From positions 9,404-73,403 of IMG/VR virus record IMGVR_UViG_3300042295_001683: DNA of 64,000 nt; one strand, 5' to 3'. This stretch comes from a virus (taxonomy: Duplodnaviria; Caudoviricetes). Below are positions 47,086 to 55,815 of the stretch, piece after piece. The position numbers were made by a program, and so were the translations under genes. The number at the start of each line of letters is the position of its first letter. The stretch's first letter is position 1. The notes beneath the pieces were generated by a model that was not told the origin of the DNA, did no database searches, and saw only the letters and a list, made by a program, of their open reading frames with translations.

Positions 47086-47301
47086 ATGGAAGAAGGTAAA
47101 TCAATAGAAATAAAAATCGTCATCACATCTGCTTTTCTCGCAGAGCTTAATAAACTTATGCCAGATTGCGAGAAGGGCAAGGGATATCGCACTGAGATAA
47201 TCTATTTTTTTATCAGAGAAGGTTATCTTGCAACTAAAAATAAATCACAGCAAGAGCCACGCCCGAATTATGGCAGTAATCGAGATTATTTAAGGAGATA
47301 A
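47086..47301 (+). CDS. RHH-like small protein
   Basis: SIEIKIVITSAFLAELNK...RTEIIYFFIREG. Confidence 0.5.
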   Translation: MEEGKSIEIKIVITSAFLAELNKLMPDCEKGKGYRTEIIYFFIREGYLATKNKSQQEPRPNYGSNRDYLRR

Positions 47302-47395
47302 TAAAAAATGATCGCCATCCAATTAACTCAGGACAGCGATCGCATTCAAGACATAGTAAAGGAGTAAACACGCGGTCAAGCGATTTACACTGTGA

Positions 47396-47674
47396 TTATC
47401 GCATATTTCGTAAATATTCTAATCTAATCAATTTCCGAGCATTCTCAAAATTAACCCGCTGCTTGTTATCTCTCACCTCACGCGATTCCACTGGTCTCTC
47501 AACAGGCTTTTGCTGCACTGTGATAATTTGTTGCACACCTTTACCAGCTAAGTGATCGAGGTTGTAGACTACGCCGCGCCATTCGATGAAGTTGGCGGGA
47601 TAGTTGAGAGGTTCAATGGCAATCGCGGGGGATGGGATTGCGAAAAGTAGGATGGGGAGTATGTATTTTTTCAT
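47396..47674 (-). CDS. secreted hypothetical protein
   Basis: signal peptide MKKYILPILLFAIPSPAIA. Confidence 0.6.
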   Translation of the reverse strand: MKKYILPILLFAIPSPAIAIEPLNYPANFIEWRGVVYNLDHLAGKGVQQIITVQQKPVERPVESREVRDNKQRVNFENARKLIRLEYLRNMR

Positions 47675-47901
47675 GGGTTTGTTTTATTTGGTTTAATTCC
47701 TATTGTCCTGATTTCTGCGTTTCCTTTAGCCCAGTACCAAGTATTCACCCAATTTTTAATATGTATTTGTACGAATCTAACTCCATTTATTGATTGAGTT
47801 AGAACTTCATTTATTTGCGCTGATGGATAGACTCTTGCAAAATTTAAAGCCGTAACCCATTCAGGACGAGTATGCCTTATTCGTCTTAGTTTCCTTTTCA
47901 C
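47671..47901 (-). CDS. hypothetical protein
   Basis: coupled ORF. Confidence 0.5.
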   Translation of the reverse strand: MKRKLRRIRHTRPEWVTALNFARVYPSAQINEVLTQSINGVRFVQIHIKNWVNTWYWAKGNAEIRTIGIKPNKTNP

Positions 47902-48308
47902 GCAACCACTCCTTTAAAAGCTCCGATTACAAACTGAAAATTGCTAGGCACAAACGGATGTGCCATCGGCACAGGACGAAGTAAACCAACACGCTTACCG
48001 CCTAAATCTAACTCACAACGCACGTTATTAAATGACGCAAAATTAGCTGGTAAACATTTGGGATCTTGAATCCATATCTTGATCGGTGTTTCCTCCACAC
48101 TAGCGCCGATCGTCTCAAGTAATTGCGGATTACTTTCACGTACAGCCCAGCCTTGCACCGCTCTTGTATCGCTATCAATCACAGGATTACCTAGCGCGTT
48201 AACCGTGCCTGTATCTATGCTATTGCGTACCCAAAACGTGCAGTTATATTGGTAACTGCCATCGGGGTTCTTGGGCGCAAATGGGGGGATGAGGTTAGGG
48301 AGTTGCAT
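47898..48308 (-). CDS. probable head-closure protein
   Basis: size, VNALGNPV motif, synteny. Confidence 0.45.
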   Translation of the reverse strand: MQLPNLIPPFAPKNPDGSYQYNCTFWVRNSIDTGTVNALGNPVIDSDTRAVQGWAVRESNPQLLETIGASVEETPIKIWIQDPKCLPANFASFNNVRCELDLGGKRVGLLRPVPMAHPFVPSNFQFVIGAFKGVVA

Positions 48309-48492
48309 GATGTCTCTCTTTCTTAAATCTTGGAGGCTCGTAGCTTTCGCACAAATTCCGATACCGTTCAGCAGGTGTTGTTAAGTGCGCTAATTCTGGG
48401 AAAGTTGAGGGATGATGACTAATAAATTTAGACTGAGTATCTCGCAAATGATTGTAAAACTCTAGTTGATCAGGTGTCATTCGTCTCATACA

Positions 48493-48909
48493 TTACTTAC
48501 CCTTCAAATGCTTGCTTAACTCAATTTTAGCGCGTTCTTTCGTCTCTGGACTCATGCCTAAAAACCGCCGCGCCTCATTGGCATATGCAAAGTACCGTTT
48601 AGCCTCACCAGTGACGCTGATCCGATAACTTCTGTCATCGCTTGATATTACTGTTATTCCTTTACGCATCGCATCAGTACGCCGCAAAATCGTAAGGAAC
48701 GCGCCAATTAAGCGCTTGTGTGCGATGTACTTAGCGCTGAGTGTTTTCCACGCCGCACCCGTATTAGGATCGCCACCCTCACGAATAATATTATCTTGCA
48801 GTGCAACCACATGATCCGCGCTGACAGTCTTTATCACAGGCTCTATGTTTTGCAGCTTGGATAGGAGCTTAGCGGCGATCGGTGTGTTGGGCAGGGTGAA
48901 TTTAAGCAT
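48493..48909 (-). CDS. virion morphogenesis / neck protein (Mu gpG-like)
   Basis: DPNTGAAWKTLSAKY...ILRRTDAMRKGI...ARRFLGMS. Confidence 0.75.
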   Translation of the reverse strand: MLKFTLPNTPIAAKLLSKLQNIEPVIKTVSADHVVALQDNIIREGGDPNTGAAWKTLSAKYIAHKRLIGAFLTILRRTDAMRKGITVISSDDRSYRISVTGEAKRYFAYANEARRFLGMSPETKERAKIELSKHLKGK

Positions 48910-48918
48910 AATGGCAAC

Positions 48919-48952
48919 AAAAAGCGCTTACGGTGTATTGTAAGCGCTTTTT
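48919..48952. terminator. intrinsic terminator
   Basis: AAAAAGCGCTTAC...GTAAGCGCTTTTT. Confidence 0.75.
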
Positions 48953-48972
48953 AGCTTTGGTTTCTGAAGATG

Positions 48973-49323
48973 CTATTCGTTAGTGAGTAAATCGTTTAGT
49001 AAATCAAGGCAGTCTCTAGTGACGATCCTGTTAACTCGATCATTTATATCTGGCAATCTATCTGAGATCCCAAAATCGTGAATCCTAGAAACTACGGAAG
49101 CTCTAGCTTTTTTAAGCTCGTCATTACAATTAGGGCTGGTCAAAACATCTTCTCTAAGATACCTGCCAAGCCTTTGACATTCACAGAAAGCCATCGCTTT
49201 AAGAATCTGTTCATCTTGCAGGCATCCAACAGAAAAATCTGTCATAGCTTGCATATATTTGTCATAGTGGCGTTTGTATCGAGACTCAAAATATTCAATG
49301 TGTTCAAGTGATTGAGTTTCCAT
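48973..49323 (-). CDS. hypothetical protein
   Basis: AAGGA RBS. Confidence 0.65.
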   Translation of the reverse strand: METQSLEHIEYFESRYKRHYDKYMQAMTDFSVGCLQDEQILKAMAFCECQRLGRYLREDVLTSPNCNDELKKARASVVSRIHDFGISDRLPDINDRVNRIVTRDCLDLLNDLLTNE

Positions 49324-49346
49324 CGTGTTACTTTCCTTTGTTTTGT

Positions 49347-49637
49347 CTATTTAGCTTTACGAGCCGTTGTCATTTCGCCACCTGCGATAAGTGGCTGTGC
49401 ATTCTGCACCTCATCAAAATAGCTGATGCAGTCGCCATCCTCAAAGTCTACCGTCACAGTCACGATTTCGGTGAAGTAGAACTCAAAGCCATCTGCTTGG
49501 CTGCCTGAGTACTCAAAGTTCTTGACATTTGGTGACAAGCTTTTAGCCAGTGCGATCGCCGATGGCTTGTCAGCTAGATCGGGGTGTGTTTCGCTGTCCC
49601 ATGCGTGATTAAAGTAGCAGTTAATTTGTGTTTGCAT
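49347..49637 (-). CDS. small acidic hypothetical protein
   Basis: AAGGAG RBS behind repeated promoter. Confidence 0.7.
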   Translation of the reverse strand: MQTQINCYFNHAWDSETHPDLADKPSAIALAKSLSPNVKNFEYSGSQADGFEFYFTEIVTVTVDFEDGDCISYFDEVQNAQPLIAGGEMTTARKAK

Positions 49638-49723
49638 TGTCGTTTACTCCTTTGTCTATACGAGTAATAGTATCAGTACTAGACGAAAGATGTCAAGATA
49701 TTTGTAATATTTGTTTACAATTA

Positions 49724-49993
49724 CTACTCACCTTTAGTTTTTGGCTTGTACTTATGCACTTCCTTATACTTCTCAGGATGTGCCAATCGATAACGCAAAT
49801 CATACTCAGCCTGACTCATGGGCTTATCGCCTATTGTTTGACCGCCACGCTTGCGATCGCTGTCAGTCATGGTGACTGTTTTTCCTTCAGGAGTGAGACA
49901 GCCACGCCTACAGCGATATTGTTTCGCTCCTGATGATTTTGTACCGTTAAAGCACATTGGTTTATGGCAGTAGGGGCAGTCTGGGTTAGGCAT
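49724..49993 (-). CDS. small Zn-ribbon DNA-binding protein
   Basis: CPYCHKPM..NGTKSSGAKQYRC...GDKPMSQAE. Confidence 0.65.
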   Translation of the reverse strand: MPNPDCPYCHKPMCFNGTKSSGAKQYRCRRGCLTPEGKTVTMTDSDRKRGGQTIGDKPMSQAEYDLRYRLAHPEKYKEVHKYKPKTKGE

Positions 49994-50498
49994 TCTTTAA
50001 AGCCTCCATATGTGCGATATCTTGCGGTGTACCTGCGAAATTAATCCAGTTAAACCATTCAACTTTTTCGTCATCGGAAACAGGTGTATCGTATTCACAA
50101 AGCCTATAAGCTGTAACCCAATGGCGGTTAATTTGCCCTGCATAATCTTTCGGGAGATCATCACAGTAATAACCACAGAAATCAAAGCCGCCTTGTACAT
50201 ACTCAATAAAAGCGCTTAAACGCTGCTTTCCGTCAATTACTTGGTAAGTATCGCCAAGAGTTTGAACAACGCTAATAGGCGGAATAGATCGGCGAATCAG
50301 AATACTCTCAATTAGCGATCGCTTTTGGTCAAGAGTCCAAACTAAGGGGCGCTGTAGATTCAAACCTTTTGTTGGCAGATATACATCAAAGTCCCATCTT
50401 TTGCGTAATACGCTTTTACCTTGTGCAATAACAAGATTTCCAGATCCGATCTCTTGACGCTCTAAAAAAGAACTGCGTAGGGGTGGTAATTTACTCAT
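49986..50498 (-). CDS. stand-alone DUF262 (ParB/Srx-fold, GmrS-like) protein
   Basis: LQRPLVWT..QKRSLIESIL...IPPI...VIDGKQRL...FNWIN..GTP. Confidence 0.85.
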   Translation of the reverse strand: MSKLPPLRSSFLERQEIGSGNLVIAQGKSVLRKRWDFDVYLPTKGLNLQRPLVWTLDQKRSLIESILIRRSIPPISVVQTLGDTYQVIDGKQRLSAFIEYVQGGFDFCGYYCDDLPKDYAGQINRHWVTAYRLCEYDTPVSDDEKVEWFNWINFAGTPQDIAHMEALKNA

Positions 50499-50724
50499 GG
50501 CTTAGTAATCTTTTTAACTCGCTTACTGTTTCCAATGCGTGCCAAATACCTTCAGACTGCCGTAACCATGAGTATTCGTAACCCTCATCAGCCATGCGTA
50601 CAGATAAAATGTCGTCTTCCCATAAATCAAAGATGTACTCTTCGCCGATCTTGCCATCGATATTGTCAGGATGTAATTCGGCATAGCGTTGTAGGAACGC
50701 TTGGATCATGAATAATTTTTGCAT
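50491..50724 (-). CDS. hypothetical protein
   Basis: coupled ORF with RBS. Confidence 0.6.
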   Translation of the reverse strand: MQKLFMIQAFLQRYAELHPDNIDGKIGEEYIFDLWEDDILSVRMADEGYEYSWLRQSEGIWHALETVSELKRLLSHE

Positions 50725-50791
50725 CGTCGTTACCTTTGTGAATGTTAGTTGAGAGAGGGTCGCAACTCCCTCGTTTGCGCGGGTGTGTCGG

Positions 50792-51037
50792 TTAGATTGC
50801 GTCTACTTCAGGGTTTGCTTCTGTTTGCCAAATATCAAAAATGGTTTCAATCTTAAAATCTGAATGCCAGTAATGTTTAAACAGGCACTTTACGGAATCC
50901 TCAATATAATGAATTTCTACTTCATTTGTTTCGTTGTTGTACTTTGCGAACCCACTGCCAACAACCCCGTAGTCTCTTTTTACTACTGCATACCAATCTT
51001 GAAGTCTTGCGTTGATATGATTTACTACTGCGTTCAT
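50792..51037 (-). CDS. hypothetical protein
   Basis: behind repeated promoter/RBS. Confidence 0.7.
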   Translation of the reverse strand: MNAVVNHINARLQDWYAVVKRDYGVVGSGFAKYNNETNEVEIHYIEDSVKCLFKHYWHSDFKIETIFDIWQTEANPEVDAI

Positions 51038-51171
51038 GGTCGTTTACTCCTTTGTTTTGTCTGTATGAATAAAATAGTATCAGTACTAGTCGAAAGATGT
51101 CAATAGGGTAAGCAAATTATTTTTTAGAATGTTAGTTGAATGAGGGGCGGTTAAGCCCCTGATGTGTAATA

Positions 51172-51471
51172 TTAAAAAGCGTTGTAAGCATCGTTATACG
51201 CTTTGTCCAATTCCGTAAAAATGGCTTTTGCTGCCAAAAACTCAGCTTTAGAAATCGCGTCTTTTTGGTAGTAGTCGTTTTGAGCTTTAGTCCAGATAGG
51301 GTAGTAATCATCCCAAGCCTTCTTGGCATTGTCATAAGCGATTTGCTCTTCAGACTTACCACAAACACTAGTCCACAAAGCCTCTAATTGTTCTGCGGTT
51401 TCGATCAAGATAGTATTAAGTTCAGTAGTTTCTTCGTCTTCGCCAAATAGATCGAATTGGATAACAGTCAT
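51172..51471 (-). CDS. hypothetical protein
   Basis: behind repeated promoter/RBS; QFDLF motif resembles a clamp-binding motif. Confidence 0.7.
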   Translation of the reverse strand: MTVIQFDLFGEDEETTELNTILIETAEQLEALWTSVCGKSEEQIAYDNAKKAWDDYYPIWTKAQNDYYQKDAISKAEFLAAKAIFTELDKAYNDAYNAF

Positions 51472-51572
51472 GTCGTTTACTCCTTTGTTTTGTCTATAAG
51501 AGTAATACTATCAGTACTAAACGAAAGGTGTCAATAGGGTAGGCAAACTATTTTTTAGATCGTAATATTCCG

Positions 51573-52082
51573 TTACAAATATCCTGCGTAATCAAACTCA
51601 AAAATAATGCTATCCAGTAGCGGCGCTTGATCGATCTGCTTTGGAGGTGGAAGTTGCTTGTATAGATCTAAAAGCTTGGCAACTTTCGCCGCCGCTAGTG
51701 ATAAACCCTCACTTAGGTTTGTCTCAGTAATCGGATCAAGTCCTGCTACGTCTCTATATGCATTGATTTGATTTAGCGTAAGCCTATCTGTATTCATGTG
51801 ATCCTTTAGCAATACCCAAGATTTTTTCCTAACGTCAACTTGACGATTGAGCATCTTGGTAAACTCATCCATCGCAATATTCCGATAAATAATTATCTCT
51901 ATGCCTTGATACTTGACTGGATTACCATTGATAATCGCAGGAAAATTGATGCCGCCTTCTTCTAAATCTTCATCTGGCAACATCAAGATAGAGGGTTGCA
52001 CAATGTCGCCAAAATACCTGATGCCAATTAGATCGGGAATAGCAGCGAGTATGGCTGTTCTGATTTCAAGCGGTGTTTTCAC
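51573..52082 (-). CDS. possible tail-completion/terminator protein
   Basis: size, EIRTAILAAI start; orientation matches virion genes. Confidence 0.35.
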   Translation of the reverse strand: MKTPLEIRTAILAAIPDLIGIRYFGDIVQPSILMLPDEDLEEGGINFPAIINGNPVKYQGIEIIIYRNIAMDEFTKMLNRQVDVRKKSWVLLKDHMNTDRLTLNQINAYRDVAGLDPITETNLSEGLSLAAAKVAKLLDLYKQLPPPKQIDQAPLLDSIIFEFDYAGYL

Positions 52083-52243
52083 GATGGCAACCGATAAAGC
52101 TTTGTGCTAATATTGTAAACGCGATCGCGCATAGAGCAGATCAAGTGTTGGTGCAAGCCCAAAGGTTTAGGGTGTGGATAGTCGCCTTGTAATCGTGCCG
52201 CCTAAAAGTCTCGTCCTCCTTGTCCTAAACGCGATCGCTTTAA

Positions 52244-52361
52244 CCGAGAGTAGCTCTAAGTGGATAGAGCATCGTGAAGGTTCTGATGTCATATAAGTAG
52301 CTCTTATACTGACTAAATGGCTTGTAAGCGAAGGTTATAGGTTCAAATCCTATCTCTTGGA
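52244..52361 (+). tRNA. tRNA-like RNA with about 45-nt insertion in the anticodon arm (possibly Thr-UGU-derived)
   Basis: acceptor CCGAGAG/CTCTTGG, D arm GCTC..TGG..GAGC, T arm ATAGG-TTCAAAT-CCTAT, CTTGTAA loop before GCGA. Confidence 0.6.
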
Positions 52362-52363
52362 TT

Positions 52364-52972
52364 TTAATTAAACACAGTTTCAGCTACACAATGCGCGATC
52401 GCTTTCTGAGTTTTAGCTAACTCTAATTTGAGCTTATCCACTTTCTTAGTTCCAATCTTTGACCACTTAAGCTCATCAACTATCTCAGCAATCCTATCGG
52501 CGCGTAATTCGCCAAGTGTGGCGATGAGAGAGGCTTTGTCATGCAATATGGGATTATGGCCCCATTTAATCACCACGCTACTATATGGTGATGATTGCGG
52601 CATCAAGCTAATCGTAATCACAATGGTATCCGCAAAAACAGGATCAGGCGCTTTGCATTGCGAGTAAACAAAGTGGAATAAATCTTGATTACCATCGTCA
52701 AACTTTTGCCCAAAGTACTGAGATAGGCTGTCAATCAAACCATCTCTCACAGGTTTAAAAGCGATCGCCAAGCCGTCATCATCCATCGGTCTATTAGCAG
52801 CAGCAAAGCGATGAAAGTGTATGCGTAATTGTGATTTGGTATCCCAATCAAAAGCAGACTCAATCGCGCCGCCTTGCTTCAGTGATTGCTTTTCTTTGAG
52901 GTGTAGTATCCAGTTACCACGCCCGTTACTTGTGTTTTTGGGCGGTTCGTCTATGATGTATTGGATTAGCAT
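52364..52972 (-). CDS. RusA-like Holliday junction resolvase
   Basis: RPMDDDGLAIAFKPVRDGL...FDD matches the RusA D.D....K...D pattern. Confidence 0.55.
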   Translation of the reverse strand: MLIQYIIDEPPKNTSNGRGNWILHLKEKQSLKQGGAIESAFDWDTKSQLRIHFHRFAAANRPMDDDGLAIAFKPVRDGLIDSLSQYFGQKFDDGNQDLFHFVYSQCKAPDPVFADTIVITISLMPQSSPYSSVVIKWGHNPILHDKASLIATLGELRADRIAEIVDELKWSKIGTKKVDKLKLELAKTQKAIAHCVAETVFN

Positions 52973-53304
52973 GACGCAACCTCAAAATTAACAATTTCAG
53001 ACTCAATCATGTAATCAATTCCTAACTGATGTAGTGGATCGCTTGGATCGCACCAAAAGCGCCATGTAATCCAAACTTTACCAGAGCACCGAACATCAAA
53101 CCAAACACGCGCAAAGTTTTCGCCATTTCTAGCAATAAATCCGTCATTACTCTTAGTAAATTTACGGCACTTGTAACCCGATTCAATCAGCTTATTTCTG
53201 ATTGCTTGCAGCATTGGCTGTGCTTCTTCCTTCTCGATCTCGTATGTTGGGTTCATGGTGAAAAACTTAATATTTTGGGCGGCGCAAATCTTGGATTTTT
53301 GCAT
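52966..53304 (-). CDS. hypothetical protein
   Basis: coupled ORF. Confidence 0.55.
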   Translation of the reverse strand: MQKSKICAAQNIKFFTMNPTYEIEKEEAQPMLQAIRNKLIESGYKCRKFTKSNDGFIARNGENFARVWFDVRCSGKVWITWRFWCDPSDPLHQLGIDYMIESEIVNFEVASC

Positions 53305-53533
53305 TCAAACTTGCAACTACCGAGCAAACCCAAAACTCAAAATGTTGCCAGAAATTAGGCGCAACTTGTACGCAATCATTGGCATCAACATATTCGCCAA
53401 TCTCATCTAGGAATAAGAGTGTTTTACCATAGCCATAGGAGCTATCAGCGCCATAGAGTTCAGCTTCTGCTGTCACATCAGAGCAGTGGTATATTTTGCC
53501 TTGATATAGGTAATAGTCGTTAGTGTCGTTCAT
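53267..53533 (-). CDS. hypothetical protein
   Basis: coupled ORF. Confidence 0.55.
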   Translation of the reverse strand: MNDTNDYYLYQGKIYHCSDVTAEAELYGADSSYGYGKTLLFLDEIGEYVDANDCVQVAPNFWQHFEFWVCSVVASLNAKIQDLRRPKY

Positions 53534-53537
53534 GATT

Positions 53538-53912
53538 CTATCTAAAAGTCTCTTTCATATTTTTTGCGAACTTCTCTGAAACTTTAGCCAGATTTTCATT
53601 AAACTCAGTGCGGTTTAATTCGATTTTGGGCTTGCAATACCCATTATCAAAATGTTCGCAAGCTTGGCATACTTTTTTAGGGACATTAAACGTGTTGGGT
53701 TTTGAGCTTTCGGGATATATGCCAGAAAAATCTTTGATGCGACATACGGTAGAAGCGCCCTTAATCAATACTTTCAATCCGTCTTTACTGATGATAGGCT
53801 CACCAGATCCAAGGGTAAGGACGGGCTTTTTATTGCCATCTTTAAAAACCCAAATGTTTCGCATCCATCGGATTCTGCCAAAGTCAAAAACATCAAAAAT
53901 GTTACTCATCAT
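53538..53912 (-). CDS. hypothetical protein
   Basis: AGGAG RBS; CQACEHF motif. Confidence 0.6.
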   Translation of the reverse strand: MMSNIFDVFDFGRIRWMRNIWVFKDGNKKPVLTLGSGEPIISKDGLKVLIKGASTVCRIKDFSGIYPESSKPNTFNVPKKVCQACEHFDNGYCKPKIELNRTEFNENLAKVSEKFAKNMKETFR

Positions 53913-54001
53913 CTATCTCCTGTTTCTTTGTTTACACCCAAAACCACTTTAATAAATACAAGTGGTGAATCAGGCTTGGTTGTTCCCTTATGTCTAGCCA
54001 T
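53909..54001 (-). pseudogene. truncated duplicate of the 54165..54341 gene
   Basis: MARHKGTTKPDSPLVFIKVVLGVNKETGDR*; about 80-bp near-identical repeat. Confidence 0.65.
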
Positions 54002-54164
54002 CAATCAAAAAGCTTTTGAAGCTCCCATAAAATTTTATTTGCAATAGATCGGCGATCAATCAATCCAGAGTAAACAAGGAAAAACGAAAGCCTTAAAACA
54101 ATAAGTTGAAATTGCAGTCTAACCATTTTTTTTACTTTGTTTGTAATTGCGTAGATTCCTTGCG

Positions 54165-54341
54165 TCATAGTTCTTTAGTTTTGTTTTGATTACGATATAA
54201 AGAGATCGCATCGCGCATAGTTTTGGCTTTTGTTCCTTCAGGGAGTGATTTATACCACTCCTCTGTTTCTTTGTTTACGCCCAAAACCACTTTAATAAAT
54301 ACAAGTGAATCGGGCTTGGTTGTGCCTTTAGGTCTAGCCAT
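54165..54341 (-). CDS. 58-aa RHH-like DNA-binding protein (absent from ORF track)
   Basis: MARPKGTTKPDSLVFIKVVLGVNKETEEWYKSLPEGTKAKTMRDAISLY; overlaps upstream stop. Confidence 0.6.
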   Translation of the reverse strand: MARPKGTTKPDSLVFIKVVLGVNKETEEWYKSLPEGTKAKTMRDAISLYRNQNKTKEL

Positions 54342-54516
54342 TGATTTGTTTTTTTCCGTTTGCGTCGTAACCTTTAGCAGCTAGCCATTTTTCAGCACCT
54401 TTGCGGGTTTTGAATGACTTGGATTGAGTAAGTGTCAATGCTTCAAATGTTCCGTCACTATCTTCAAAAATTCCAGTGGTTAATGATTCGTTATTGCCTA
54501 AATCTAAAACTTGCAT
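54334..54516 (-). CDS. DUF1391-like prophage protein
   Basis: DLGNNESLTTGIF...DGTFEALT..QSKSFKT.KGA.KWL. Confidence 0.7.
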   Translation of the reverse strand: MQVLDLGNNESLTTGIFEDSDGTFEALTLTQSKSFKTRKGAEKWLAAKGYDANGKKQING

Positions 54517-54550
54517 CGCTTTTTCCTTTGTGTTATTTGCTATAAATTAA

Positions 54551-54579
54551 AAATTACCACTAATAAATAATTTTGTCAA
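54551..54579 (-). promoter_or_regulatory. sigma70-type promoter
   Basis: TTGACA-N17-TAATTT on the minus strand. Confidence 0.6.
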
Positions 54580-54683
54580 CCACCAAATAATAAATACTTT
54601 GCACATCACACTCAACCCCGCACACAGCAAAGCGATCGCCTATGACAGCGATCTAATTTAGAGGGATAAAAAGTAATCTCTAC

Positions 54684-55685
54684 TTAAGCTTGCGTACTCA
54701 CAGGGGAGCTATGCTGAGATTTTCGGGTAGCCTTGCTAATACGTCTTCTCAAACCAACGCACCCAAGTAGATGAGTGGCATCAACCTCAAGGTTATAGAT
54801 ATTAGTGTGGAGCTGGTACAATTCACGATCGCCTTTAAAGCGCAAATAATGCTTCTCACCTAAATTATGGTCAAGCCAAAATTCGGGGGTCTTTATCGCA
54901 TCGTTGCTAGGGTAGCAAATTTGTACACATTCAATAGGTGGTAAGTCATTAATAGCATTAAGGTGCTTACGTACCGTTTGAGGTGTCCGATTAACTAATT
55001 TACCTATAGTCTCTTGAGAAACGCCATAGGGGACAAATTGACGGTTTACCAGTAGAAACCTAGTTCCAAGTACCTTTCTAAAAGCCTTGATGCCTGATGT
55101 TTTCTCCACCTTTTCTTTGGGGAGATCGCGATCGCTTAGAATTGACACGTTTTTAAAAATCTTGGATGGTTTAACTACCCGTCTGGTAAGTTTCTTTCCT
55201 TGGTTTAATTCATTCTCCTCCTTGGTTTTGCGTAACGCTCCTTGCTGTGCATTGCGTTGCTTTTGAGCGACAGTGGCTCTAATGTTATGCGTCCGAATAT
55301 TATCAAGCTCAGTAGCTTTCTCTTCGTGTATAGCGCCTAAATTAGATATGTCAAGCTGTGAGCAAAGCTTAGTTAAAGCAGAATAAACAAGCCTCACACA
55401 TTTACCTTTAATCTCAAGCATCCAGAAAACACCTAACTTTAAAGCTAAGCGTAAATTCTTTTTAATTGTGGATTCTTTGCGATTTAAGGTAGCTGCGATC
55501 GTCGGGATGTCTAAAACTACAATGCCCGATCCTTTGCCCTGTGTACCCTTCTTGCCACGCTTTACGAATGACTGCCTATCATAGGAGCGCACAAATAAAT
55601 ACAGCAACTTAACCAAGTGAGGTAATTTATCACTTTGGCTAAATGCTGTGTATATTGTCGTGTAGTTATGATAAGATTGTGTCAT
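54684..55685 (-). CDS. basic double-HTH protein, possible replication initiator
   Basis: IPTIAATLNRKESTIKKNL and SQETIGKLVNRTPQTVRKHL. Confidence 0.5.
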   Translation of the reverse strand: MTQSYHNYTTIYTAFSQSDKLPHLVKLLYLFVRSYDRQSFVKRGKKGTQGKGSGIVVLDIPTIAATLNRKESTIKKNLRLALKLGVFWMLEIKGKCVRLVYSALTKLCSQLDISNLGAIHEEKATELDNIRTHNIRATVAQKQRNAQQGALRKTKEENELNQGKKLTRRVVKPSKIFKNVSILSDRDLPKEKVEKTSGIKAFRKVLGTRFLLVNRQFVPYGVSQETIGKLVNRTPQTVRKHLNAINDLPPIECVQICYPSNDAIKTPEFWLDHNLGEKHYLRFKGDRELYQLHTNIYNLEVDATHLLGCVGLRRRISKATRKSQHSSPVSTQA

Positions 55686-55782
55686 TCGACTGCTCTGAAC
55701 AGTTGGATATCCTGCGCTTTTGCAAGTACGTTATTTAATGTTCTCAGGCATTAAATAACCAGCAGTGAAGCTATATTATCAT

Positions 55783-55814
55783 AAAAAAGCCCGATCATTT
55801 GATCGGGCTTTTTT
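55783..55814. terminator. intrinsic terminator
   Basis: AAAAAAGCCCGATC-attt-GATCGGGCTTTTTT. Confidence 0.8.
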
Positions 55815-55815
55815 A

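Larger units (their letters stand above)
49641..51560 (-). repeat. three copies of a promoter plus RBS unit (about 49641-49696, 51041-51130, 51474-51560)
   Basis: TTGACAYCTTTCG...TAGTACTGATA(C/G)TAT ... CAAAGGAGTAAACG. Confidence 0.85.
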
